A DNA stretch of 63,725 nt, the filler included, from Dicyema japonicum (lineage: Eukaryota > Animalia > Dicyemida): the NCBI GenBank assembly GCA_011109175.1. It is 11 parts of 11 records of this genome, joined end to end, with 100 filler letters (N's around TTAATTAATTAA, not from the genome) between each part and the next. Parts side by side here need not be neighbours in the genome. Positions count along the whole stretch, not along the records: positions 33,441 to 43,636 come from RDEW01000123.1; positions 43,737 to 48,586 come from RDEW01000302.1; positions 48,687 to 50,623 come from RDEW01000057.1; positions 50,724 to 52,317 come from RDEW01000303.1; 7 more parts are not named here. One strand, 5' to 3'. The number at the start of each line of letters is the position of its first letter. Position 1 is the first letter of the stretch. Made by a program: the position numbers and the translations under genes. A model generated the notes under the pieces. The model was not told where the DNA came from, ran no database searches, and saw only the letters and a program-made list of their open reading frames with translations. Below, in pieces: positions 40,470 through 52,317 of the stretch.

Positions 40470-41018
40470 AAATTCCTTAGATCCCTCTGGAATGCCTAAT
40501 CATCTTTTAAAATTAAAGATAGGCGTTCCAGTGGTTTTATTACGAAATCTTGCGCCACCTAAATTATGCAACGGAACGAGGTTAGTTATCAAAAATTTGA
40601 TGGCTAACGTAATAGAAGCGACGATATTAACAGGTAAGTATAGAGGTGAGGATGCACTACAAATTCCGATGATTACCGTTTAGATTTAAAAGGCTGCAAT
40701 TTGCGTTGAGGATGAGTTTTGCGATGACAATAAACAAGGCCCAGGGACAGTCATTAAAGGTAGTTGGCTTATTTTTAGAAAGCGAGTGCTTTTCACATGG
40801 ACAGCTGTATGTGGGATGCTCGAGGGTAGGCAGGAGAGAAAATTATTCATATATGCGAAGGAAGGACGGACGAACAAACATCGTTTATCAACAGGCGTTA
40901 GAATAGGGTTACATCAAACCAGGTCGTTTTATATATCTGCATAAACTTATAGTTGTTTGGTGAAACAGGCCCTCCGCAGGAGCTAGGTCGCGGTGAGCGA
41001 AGCGAGCTGCCGAGCTAG
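40470..41018 (+). mobile_element. Helitron 3' end (PIF1 helicase C-terminus, hairpin, CTAG)
   Basis: NSLDPSGMPNHLLKLKIGVPVVLLRNLAPPKLCNGTRL...FAMTINKAQGQSL...FSHGQLYVGCSRV; GC-rich GGTGAGCGAAGCGAGCTGCC then CTAG at 41015-41018 followed by T. Confidence 0.88.
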
Positions 41019-41146
41019 TGTTTGATAAATATAAAATCTTATTTTATTTTTTGAATAATTGAGATATAATTGAGCTACTAAGCTAATATATTTAATAAAA
41101 CATTTTATATTTAAAAAAATATTTAATATAGAACGTGGGGACAAGA

Positions 41147-42570
41147 ATGCTGTCGCAAGGATTAAAAAACTTAAGGATTTTCCCATTTATTCGGAAATTT
41201 ACAACCGATAAACTAGAGGCCCTCGTGTTGTTGTGACTGGCTTGGGACTTGTTACTTGCCTGGGTGTAGGAGTTGAGAAAAGTTGGTCTCGATTATTAGA
41301 TGGTCAATGTGGGATTAAAAAACTCGATGAATGTTAGTTTTATTACTAATAAAAACTTTTACAGCATATAATCAAGTACCTGTGAGAATCGCCGGAACAG
41401 TTGATATGAAGCATCAAGATTTTATCAGCTGGAAACGCTCGAAAACCTCAAATTCTGCAAAAACACGTGGAATTGCATTTGCCTCGAAGCCTCAAGGAAG
41501 CAGTTGCCGACTCTGGATTGTCATTCACTACTGAAGAAGAACAAATACGAGCAGGAGTATTTTTAGATTTGGGTTAATTTTAAGGTATCGATAGGAACTG
41601 GAATCGCTGGGCTCGAAGAACTTTTAAAGGGGGATGAAATGCTAAAAGAACACGGAATGTCCAAAATAAATCCATTTTTATAAAACGAGAATTCTCAATA
41701 ACACTGCAGCAGGTCACGTAAGTATAAATCATAATTTAAAGGTTTTTAATTTGTGTCATTTAAATAGGGTCCCAACCTTGCATTATCCACTGCCTGTTCA
41801 ACTGGTACTCATTCGGTGGGTGAGGCTTTCCTTGCTATAAAAATGGGGACGCTGATGTAATGGTATGTGGAGGAACGGAGTCTCCATATCTCCTCTTACT
41901 ATTGGAGGGTTTTCAAGGGCAAAAGCACTTTGTACTGATTCCCAACGATTCTCCTGAGACCTCATCTCGTCCTTTTGATTCTTCTCGAAGTGGATTTGTT
42001 ATGTCGGAAGGTTGTGGAATACTTGTTTTGGAACGATACGATCTCGCAATTAAAAGAGGAGCCAAGATATATGGTGAAATAATGGGATATGGAATGTCTG
42101 GTGATGGATATCACATTACTGCTCCTCTTTCCTAATGGTGAGGGAGGTTTATCGGTGCATGAAACAGGCTTTGGAAACAGCTGGTATTACCCCGGATTAT
42201 ATCGGATTTGTCAATCCGCATGCTACCTTCAACTCCATTGGAGATAGAGCTGAGAATGCGGCGATTAGCGACTTTTGGAGATCATGCAGTTAATCTGCAG
42301 GTTGGAGCTAAAGGGATCAGTTGGACATTCTTTGGGAGGTGCGGGAGCAATTGAGTTGGCCTTCTCGATTAAATCAGCTGAGACTGGTCTGATTCCTCCG
42401 TCAATTAATTTAAACGATATGAATCCATATGACGAATTTGTTCTCAATTACGTTCCAAACAAGATTCAAAAATGGCAATATAGGCATAATGGGACTGGAA
42501 GATTGTTTGTATCAAAAATTCGTTTGGATTTGGTGGCTGCAATGTCTCCATTGTGTTTAGTAGTCTTTAG
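41147..42570 (+). pseudogene. OXSM: mitochondrial 3-oxoacyl-ACP synthase (FabF/KAS II), frameshifted: pseudogene or sequencing error
   Basis: [25 protein letters not shown] (catalytic Cys), RPFDSSRSGFVMSEGCG, HAT and KGSVGHSLGGAG (catalytic His), NSFGFGG; introns of 32, 28 and 26 nt; at least ten 1-nt indels. Confidence 0.85.
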
Positions 42571-42699
42571 TAATTTAATTATTCTAATTATTTGTTCAGT
42601 TCTTCAATTCAACCAAAATATTAATTTTTATAATGACCAAGACGGCTGTCGACACGGAATGATGATAAGTGGAGGTTACTAAAAGGCTCGGGTCGCTTC

Positions 42700-43322
42700 T
42701 GGAGATGCTGAGGACATCGCCGCAGAAAAATGTTGGCAACGTGTGCACTAAAAAAGATGTGGAGTATCTGGACACGCAGAAAACTTATCTCTCTAAATCT
42801 TCGGATACGCTTGTATAATGCCTTCGTACAACCAATCCTATTATACAACTCGGGAACATCGAAAACGGACCTTGACAGACTAGACGCTTTTCATAGAAAG
42901 CAATTGAGAAAAATCGCGGGTATCAAATGCCACAGATCATCAAAAACGACACTCTCTACAAATTATGTAAATGCAAGCCGATTAGCAAGGAAGTTACTAC
43001 CTCACGATGGAGACTTTTCGGACATGTCCTGAGAATGGACGAAACGATTCCTTTGCAATCAAATCATGGAAGAATACTTCTCTAATCACGGAATTGGATT
43101 TCGGGGTCGGCCAAGATGCACGCTTCCCCTCTGCCTGAGGATGATTACGCGAGAATTGGCGGCCGACTTAAAACTGGTGACGATCTTGAGGACATTCGCA
43201 AACGCGCGAGGAACAAGGCTAGATGGAAAGGACTGGCTGGGAGGATAGTTAGAGTACGGCATGAGCGAAACCTTAGGCACTTACGTGCTTATGGCAACGC
43301 GGTAATGCTATTAACTAACTAA
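42700..43322 (+). mobile_element. RTE-like LINE 3' part
   Basis: ISLNLRIRLYNAFVQPILLYNSG...LDAFHRKQLRKIAG; GFRGRPRCTLP; tail CTTACGTGCTTATGGCAACGCGGTAATGCTATTAACTAAC. Confidence 0.8.
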
Positions 43323-43736
43323 GACAGATATTGGAGCGAACTAAGTGGCCTAGTTAACATGTTTAGATTTATATCGATGTATGAGAGAGTTTCTTCAGAA
43401 TTGTCTAATATTTCTGAAAAACCTTCTAGTATTAACATTTAATAAATAACCACACAAATCAAAACGCCATTCAACCGCACGTCCGCCTTAATATTTCACA
43501 CCTTGTAAACTAACTGTCCCGAATTGAATGAAATATTTGTACAAACTAACGATAAATTTTATTTTGTTTACCATCAAGATCAGTAAAAAATAGACAAGAA
43601 AAAATTTTAGCTTTAAAACTATTTTGGATCAAACACNNNNNNNNNNNNNNNNNNNNNNNNNNNNNNNNNNNNNNNNNNNNTTAATTAATTAANNNNNNNN
43701 NNNNNNNNNNNNNNNNNNNNNNNNNNNNNNNNNNNN

Positions 43737-45270
43737 TAATTGACCATATTATTACTGTGTAATAAGTCATTATCAATCAAATGATGCAATGAAACTGTCC
43801 AAATTGTTGGGTCATCTTAGGAGAATACATTCGGATAAAAAAAATAAACCATTTGAGTATTTTGAAGAATTAAAGGATTCTTTTCGTAAGCAAAAAACGA
43901 TTGACACTGTTTTTACAAATAGAAGTAAAAGAAACAATAGTTGTAGTAATTTTAAATTATATTCAGGAGGACTAATTGCATCCTATAAAATTGCAATGAT
44001 TATTGCCAAAAATGAGAGTTCCCATGTTTCTGGTGAAAATCTCNATAATAGACCATATTGCTTACTGTGTAATAAGTCATTATCAAATGATGCAATGAAA
44101 CCCTCCAAATTGTTGGATCATCTTAGGAGAAAACATTCGGATAAAAAAGATAGACTATTAGAGTACTTTGAAGAATTAAAGGATTCTCTTCGTAAACAAA
44201 AAACGATTGACACTGTTTTTAAAAATAGTAATGAAAGAAACAATAGTTGTTATTATTTAAAATTATATTTAGGAGGACTAATTGCATCGTATAAAATTAC
44301 AAAGATTATTAACAAAAATGAGAGTTCCCATGTTTCTGGTGAAAATCTCATCAAACCATTTATATCAGTGATTCTATCAGATCTGATGGGTTTAAATCCT
44401 GACGAAATTTAAAAATCCGTGCCAATTAGCAATGATACAATTCGCCACAGGATTGACGAAATGTCAGATAATGTTGAACATATTTCATGTGAAAGGCTTA
44501 AAAATACTATTTTTTCGCTTCAAATTGACGAAAGTCATATATGTGACAACCAATCAATTCTAATGGGATATGTCAGGTTAATCTTATTAGAAGCTTACCC
44601 TTTAAGATATTTTGACGATCATGCTCTTCTTACAGAAGATTTATTATTCGTCAAATATTTGGAAACTGATACGACTGGATTTTCTATTTTTTCCGTAGTC
44701 AAATTATTTTTGATGACAAAAAGATTCCATATGAAAATTTGGTTTCTTGCGCCACAGATGGTGCAATGTCTATGGTTGGGAAGTATAAAGGATTTGCAGC
44801 ATATTTGAAAAAAAATTGTCCAAATGTGATTCATATACATTGCGTTCTACATAGACACCATTTGGTTTCAAAAGCTCTTTCACCAATTCTACATGAAACG
44901 TTAAATATAGTTATTAAAACCATCAACAAAATTAAAGCAAACAGCAAGTATGATCGTTTTTTTAGAAAATTTTGCTACGAGACTGGAGAAACTTATGTCC
45001 GTCTTTTGCTTCACACTGAGGTTATAGCTTCCAATTTTATTTTATAGGTACGATGGTTATCAAAGGGAAATGCATTAGAACGATTTTCATTTTCCGACAT
45101 CATACTGTGTTGAATGTGGATTTAGCATTGTACACCGAATAGTAAATAAAGAACGAAACAGATTGGATGTGTCCATTAGAGAACATCTTCGTTTGAAAAT
45201 AACATAAAGAGAGCCAGATAGCGAATCTTTGGTCAAAAAACATCAGTCACAGGGGTCCCATTGGTATTTA
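43737..45270 (+). mobile_element. hAT Buster/ZBED8-type transposase, internally deleted, N-terminus duplicated, three tiny introns
   Basis: BED finger CLLCNKSLSNDAMKPSKLLDHLRRKH; SNDTIRHRIDEM; FSLQIDES; CATDGAMSMVG; IHCVLHRHHL; HTE|VRWLSKG; C-terminus PTSYCVECGFS..RNRLD..QGSH. Confidence 0.9.
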
Positions 45271-47555
45271 ATTGTTTTTTATTATAGATTTATGCTTAGA
45301 TACTAGTTAGTTAACAAATATCGAATTTTTTTGTTTGATTATTAACANNNNNNNNNNNNNNNNNNNNNNNNNNNNNNNNNNNNNNNNNNNNNNNNNNNNN
45401 NNNNNNNNNNNNNNNNNNNNNNNNNNNNNNNNNNNNNNNNNNNNNNNNNNNNNNNNNNNNNNNNNNNNNNNNNNNNNNNNNNNNNNNNNNNNNNNNNNNN
45501 NNNNNNNNNNNNNNNNNNNNNNNNNNNNNNNNNNNNNNNNNNNNNNNNNNNNNNNNNNNNNNNNNNNNNNNNNNNNNNNNNNNNNNNNNNNNNNNNNNNN
45601 NNNNNNNNNNNNNNNNNNNNNNNNNNNNNNNNNNNNNNNNNNNNNNNNNNNNNNTCACTAAATAAATTATGTAATAGACAGTAAATGTATAGAAATATCA
45701 GTTTTCAATAGAATACATGTGAGGTGAAACAAATACAATATCAAATAAAACAATAGTAAACGTATGAATGACACAATATTTTATTACTAATGCAATTCAA
45801 AACATTACATAATAGAATCCCAAAACCAAAAATTAATATTTTCAAATTTTGTGATGCAAATTTGATGAAAATAATTCAATATTGTGCTATCAAATATAAT
45901 TAAAAACAAATATTAAATAAAAGATGTAAGCTGGTTCGAACTAGAATAGAAAATAATAACTAACTCCAATTAGAGCGATATTTTGTTTATCCACTAAAAT
46001 TAAATTCCTCAACTCATATCAAAATTTCAAATAAATTTACAACAATTACGTTTAACCATTAAAAAATTATATTATAAATTTAGAGTTTATATAATTAATT
46101 AACATTTTTTTTAATTTTTTAGGATTAAACATTTTATCCTAAAATAATCCAGAAATAAGTCCACGTCTTATAAACTAACTTAATTTAGTTCACCCTGTCA
46201 AGTATGTAGATTATCCTGGGAAAATCCAAAATCTCCTAACAAACTTCGACGTCACGAAAAAATCAAAAAGAGACCTTTCATTTTTTACGCCTAAGCACAC
46301 CCATGCGACTCTAAATGCGCTTTCATTGTTCAAAATGTAAGATTCGGGTCACCAGAGATCTCATTGGCTGAGAGAGCAGTCCAGGCAGAGCACATGACCT
46401 ATTCGACGAGGTACTGAGTCTTTTTCGTTAGTATATCTGTCTGAGAATACAGCCCAGAGAATCCGTAAGTCATTGTTTATCTCGACTTGTGGAATTGTCA
46501 TTTTTGAATTTGAAATTTACTTGATTTTTATTTGTTGAGGCTCATTCTTGACTACGCGACCAACTACAGCATTCAATGTTCAAGAAACAAAGCTGACTCG
46601 GCGTAGAAAAGTTCAGAACACTTGCAAGAAGTCTATTGTCGATGTTCTGACTTTCAGAGCACATGGACAATCTTTGGGGTTCTTGCACGTAGAAAAACTC
46701 AGGCTTATTAAAAATAACTTAATTTCCAAATTAATAAAACAGTAAACAAAAACATTAATCATAATAGTTATATAAGATTATTTGTCCTTCTTGATGTTTT
46801 GATGATTAAAGAAATAATTGTCTAATGACCTTTCTTCATAAATCTTCGATCTTGATAAAGTCCTCGTTTTCTTTAGGCAAAGTTGGTTCTATTTTCCAGA
46901 TTATTCCAGATTTCAATCCGCCCCGATAAAGTATTTATACTTGTTAATTACTGGAATTTACGTTCGCTGTTAATTCTTTTCCTCTTGCTATCTTATAAAC
47001 AATATCTTGTAATTTTAGGCTATAATCACAATTATTTAGCAATTAATGAGAACTTTTTTTTATTTACGACCTCCCATTTTTATTAATCCTAAATTTTTAC
47101 TGATTGCTACTGATTTTAATATTAATTACATATTTATACACACAGTGTAAGTATAACAAAATTTTAGTTTTTTGCCGGGATACAAAACGTCCTTTTGAAA
47201 TTCATATTGCAAGGTCCATAATGTGCCTCCTAATTGGTGAAGCCCAACCAATATCGTATTCATTTCGATACAAGCTTAGAATACTTGGAGGCGAGGGTGT
47301 TAAGTTAATTCTAGAGTAAGTCCATCTCTATTTCATAGCCTAGTGATAATTCTGAGTGGGAAATGAAGTACGGAACATTCACGGTGACAACTGTGGGAGA
47401 AACATTATCCAAGCGTGCAATGAGTGTCTTAAGCTTATTTCCATTATTGCATTCTTTGCTGGTTCAACTCAAGTTTTTGCAAAGCATAATATTTCTCCTT
47501 AACTTTTATCCAGACCTCGTTAGCCATTTAAGTGAGCGACNAGGGGAGAGTTTAA

Positions 47556-48586
47556 CTAGCTAATGGCCTCACGAGGCGCTCGGCCAGCCTCGCGAATAGC
47601 AAAGCCGTTCCCACGGATCACAGCGATCGACAGACGTTCCAAGAGCCAAGATGACTCTCTGGAGTCGTGTCTTATCCTTGATATCCGTCGACCGAGCGAG
47701 CGAAGGAAGCGGAGCGTCTTGGGGCCGAAGATCCCGGAAGACTCCAAAGCAATTGGAGTAAAAAAAAGCGAGTTCGAGAGGTGGCCGTACTTGAGAATCT
47801 TGCGATCCTCGGCGAGCCTCGAAGCGTGCCCAGGATCAACAGCGGACAAAGCGAGATTTCCGCGCGAGAATGTGTCTGAGCAGGTGGAGTCCCAAATAAG
47901 GGATTTCCCCTGCTCGTAAGGAAAGGTAGACATGCCGTCTGGGCGTTTGCCGTCTCCTCTATCCAGCCCAACTGGTTCGAGGATTGACGGGACACCCGCG
48001 GAAGCGAGGGCTCTTTGAATGATTGCGTTGAGTTCACTGTGGCGAGGGGCACGACCAGCACTCCGACGGCAAGCGAGAGGGTGCAAACCGTACTCGTCAA
48101 CAGTTCCCCCACAGCGGCATTTGTGCGCCTGACAGATCTTCAGCCCGACACGGANCCAGGATCAACAGCGGACAAAGCGAGATTTCCGCGCGAGAATGTG
48201 TCTGAGCAGGTGGAGTCCCAAATAAGGGATTTCCCCTGCTCGTAAGGAAAGGTAGACATGCCGTCTGGGCGTTTGCCGTCTCCTCTATCCAGCCCAACTG
48301 GTTCGAGGATTGACGGGACACCCGCGGAAGCGAGGGCCCTTTGTATGATCGCGTTGAGTTCACTGTGGCGAGGGGCACGACCAGCACTCCGACGGCAAGC
48401 GAGAGGGTGCAAACCGTACTCGTCAACAGTTCCCCCACAGCGGCATTTGTGCGCCTGACAGATCTTCAGTCCGACACGGAGGGAGATTGCGATACTTAGA
48501 CAATCCTTGTCCACCAGATTCCCGATGGAAGGGAGAGGGAGAGCCTTTAACCAAACACCGCTGCTTTGACAGCGACCTGCACGGAG
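47556..48586 (-). mobile_element. young CRE-clade retrotransposon 3' end with intact RLE ORF; partly duplicated across a single-N join
   Basis: ICQAHKCRCGGTVDEYGLHPLACRRSAGRAPRHSELN...DGKRPDGMSTFPYEQGKSLIWDSTCSDT...EDRKILKY; no stops in 47556-48086. Confidence 0.9.
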
Positions 48587-49512
48587 NNNNNNNNNNNNNN
48601 NNNNNNNNNNNNNNNNNNNNNNNNNNNNNNTTAATTAATTAANNNNNNNNNNNNNNNNNNNNNNNNNNNNNNNNNNNNNNNNNNNNTTAAATACGTTGCT
48701 ATGATTTGCGCGTTAAATTAACTTTGTAGTAATTAAAATTTTTAATGTGCTAATATAACGTCGTCTTTTGCAAACAAAATCTGAACGGCAATTCGTCATT
48801 AATAAAAAAAGACCCGACTGGATGCCATCTTTCTCTGTCATCCTGATACTGAGAGAAACTTGCCCTGGGTCCGACTGAGCAAAGGTTAAAATGTTGAATC
48901 GCAACTTAAGCGGCAATTTGTCTTCCTGCCTGTGGCAAACCTCGAGGCTCATTGAGGCTAAATACCTGACTTTCCTACAAATTTTCGTATCATTAATAGC
49001 CAGAAGGAGAGGTAGATTGTAGATGAAGCATATTTTCATACAACTTTACGCTCATAGGAACGGCTACTGCTTGATTAACAAATTGATTTTTTGAAATAAA
49101 TATTATTTATTGAATATTATGTACTTTATGAATTTTTCATTGAAAATATTAGACTATAATTTTTTTTATAAACTATTAACTTTTAACTGTTGATCTTTGC
49201 GACATAGTTGACTCACGAAAGCGACTGAGATCAATTGGATAAGCCACTGGGTTTCATGGCTTCTAAGTGTTAATTTTCAGATATTTAATTGTTTAAACTG
49301 TCAAATTAACAAATTTGAAATTGGTGGAAATCTGAGGGTTTTTAACTCGCAAATAGCATTCATATATTCTAAGCCCTTTGCTTAAGAACTATTGTATTCT
49401 TTACCATCTCTTAAAACAATCATTATACGTCCTATCGATTGGATTATTACTAAAAGCTCAATTCGAAAAAGAATAAAGGTAGCAATATTTCACTGCACAC
49501 ATAACAAAGACT

Positions 49513-49826
49513 AATAATAATATTTGCACTTTCCGAGGAGCGATATCAGTTATAACTCCCCTCAGGCGGAACACACACTTTATTTAAGCAAAGAACAGTT
49601 ATAATAGCTAATCGAGGGAGGATCAAGGAATGCTCTACACTTCTTTTTCTTGGGTGTATGTCCTTTTTAGAAAATCTAGTTCAGCAGTGAATTTCATTGA
49701 TGACGGCGTCACTCGTCAAGCCAAAGCATATTGATGCGTGGAACCTTCAACCGAATGTGCAGTATCGGGATTCGAACTAGCGACTTTCAGGCCTCTTGCC
49801 CCGAAGCCGTCACACTGCGCCACCCC
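49513..49826 (-). mobile_element. full-length tRNA-derived SINE (314 bp) with 9-bp target-site duplication
   Basis: A-box TGGCGCAGTG, B-box GTTCGAATCC, (TAT)n tail; ACAAAGACT at 49504-49512 and 49827-49835. Confidence 0.85.
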
Positions 49827-50723
49827 ACAAAGACTTATATGATAAATAATAAAATAAGTTCTTCAGTACGGCCTCACTTAAATTTTATCCATTTGTATCG
49901 CTCAATGTTTAAACTTGGATATACAATATTTTTGATTTGCCATTTGATCTATATAACTTAGGATGAAACGCTTAGACTAACGTATATTACCTTAAGCTAG
50001 AGAAATAAGGATGAAAATGATGAATGAGACAACCTACCGTGAACAGAATTGACAAAATCTAATAAACCGTGAACAAAATTGATTTATAACTTAGGATGAA
50101 ACGCTTAGACTAACGTATATTACCTTAAGCTGAGAAATAAGGATGAAAATGATGAATGAGACAACCTACCGTGAACAGAATTGACAAAATCTAATAAACC
50201 GTGAACAAAATTGATTTAATCTAATTCGACATTCGAAAATTGCCCATTTTTGGTTCCTTAGAATTTTATGGCCAATTTAAAAAATAAACTCAATAATTTT
50301 GAAAAGCATTTTTTAAATACTTTTAATGAACAAAAAACACATTTAAGTTAAATTTCAATAATATTTAATACCTAGCTTTTTTTCTTTGTTTCAGTAATAC
50401 TTGATTTTACTTTCTTAGGACAATAGTCTCCCTGACCTTACTATGATTAATTGCACAGTAGAGGAGACGGCCAAGATATTGTCCGCTATCATTCTGAGAG
50501 CTGATAAACTATTTATACCTGTCGCCTATTACAAGAAGTTCAATCCAAGATTATCATCACAAATTGTGTCACTCATCAAAAAACGAGATGCGCTGAAGAG
50601 GAATAGAACACAGACTAATATCTNNNNNNNNNNNNNNNNNNNNNNNNNNNNNNNNNNNNNNNNNNNNTTAATTAATTAANNNNNNNNNNNNNNNNNNNNN
50701 NNNNNNNNNNNNNNNNNNNNNNN

Positions 50724-52317
50724 TATTCAAGAATACTTTAAAATTGAAAGTATACTTCTATTCACATAACGTGAGTTCATTTGTCATTCTAGAACATTTC
50801 AAAATGCACAAAAATTATTCAAGGCTACTTTAAAATTGAAAGTATACATCTTCTCTCACAGAACGGGATTTCATTTGTCATTCTAGAACATTTCAAAATG
50901 CACAAAATGTATTCAAGAATACTTTAAAATTGAAAGTATACATATTCTATTCACAGAACGGGAGTTCATTTGTCATTCTAAAACATTTCAAAATGAACAA
51001 AATTTATTCAAGGCTACTTTAAAATTGAAAGTATACATCTTCTATTCACATAACTTGAGTTCATTTGTCATTCTAGAACATTTCAAAATGCACAAAATGT
51101 ATTCAAGACTACTTTAAAATTGAAAGTATACATCTTCTATTCACATAACGTGAGTTCATTTGTCATTCTAGAACATTTCAAAATGCACAAAAATTATTCA
51201 AGACTACTTTAAAATTGAAAGTATACATCTTTTATTTACATAACCGGAATCCATTGGTCATTCTAAAACATTTAAAAATGAACAAAATTTATTCAAGGCT
51301 ACTTTAAAATTGAAAGTGTACTTCTTCTAATCACATAACATAAGTTCATTTGTCATTCTAGAACATTTCAAAATGCACAAAATGTATTCAAGAATACTTT
51401 AAAATTGAAAGTATACATCTTCTATTCACATAACGTGATTTCATTTGTCATTCTAGAACATTTCAAAATGCACAAAAAGTATTCAAGACTACTTTAAAAT
51501 TGAAAGTATACATCTTCTATTCACAGATCGGGAGTTCATTTGTCATTCTAGAACATTTCAAAATGCACAAAATTTATTCAAGGCTACTTTAAAATTGAAA
51601 GTGTACTTCTAATGACATAACAAGAGTTCATTTGTCATTCTAGAACATTTCAAAATGCACAAAATGTTTTCAAGACTACTTTAAAATTGAAAGTATACAT
51701 CTTCTATTCACATAACGTGAGTTCATTTGTCATTCTAGAACATTTCAAAATGCACAAAAAGTATTCAAGACTACTTTAAAATTGAAAGTATACATCTTCT
51801 ATTCACAGAACGGGATTTCATTTGTCATTCTAGAACATTTCAAAATGCACAAAATGTATTCAAGACTACGTTAAAATTGAAAGTATACATCTTCTATTCA
51901 CAGAACGTGAGTTCATTTGTCATTCTAAAACATTTAAAAATGCACAAAATTTATTCAAGGCTACTTTAAAATTGAAAGTATACATCTTCTATTCACATAA
52001 CTTGAGTTCATTTGTCATTCTAGAACATTTCAAAATGCACAAAAAGTTTTCAAGACTACTTTAAAATTAAAAGTATACATCTTCTATTCACATAACGGGA
52101 TTTCATTTGTCATTCTAGAACATTTCAAAATGCACAAAATTTATTCAAGACTACGTTAAAATTGAAAGTGTACTTCTAATGACATAACAAGAGTTCATTT
52201 GTCATTCTAGAACATTTCAAAATGCTTTAATGTATTCAAGAATACTTTAAAATTGAAAGTATACATATTCTATTCACATATCGTGATTTCATTTTTCATT
52301 CTAGAATATTTCAAAAT
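50724..52317. repeat. 95-bp tandem satellite, about 17 copies, gap-bounded on both sides
   Basis: Unit attcaagactactttaaaattgaaagtatacatcttctattcacataacgtgagttcatttgtcattctagaacatttcaaaatgcacaaaa..; period 51101 to 51196. Confidence 0.95.

Noticed and set aside
40312-40470. Strand-asymmetric TG-rich then A-rich tract
   Set aside because: Low-complexity sequence abutting a large gap; likely poor-quality read end.
50724-52317. CRISPR-like array
   Set aside because: No unique spacers; whole units repeat; eukaryotic context.
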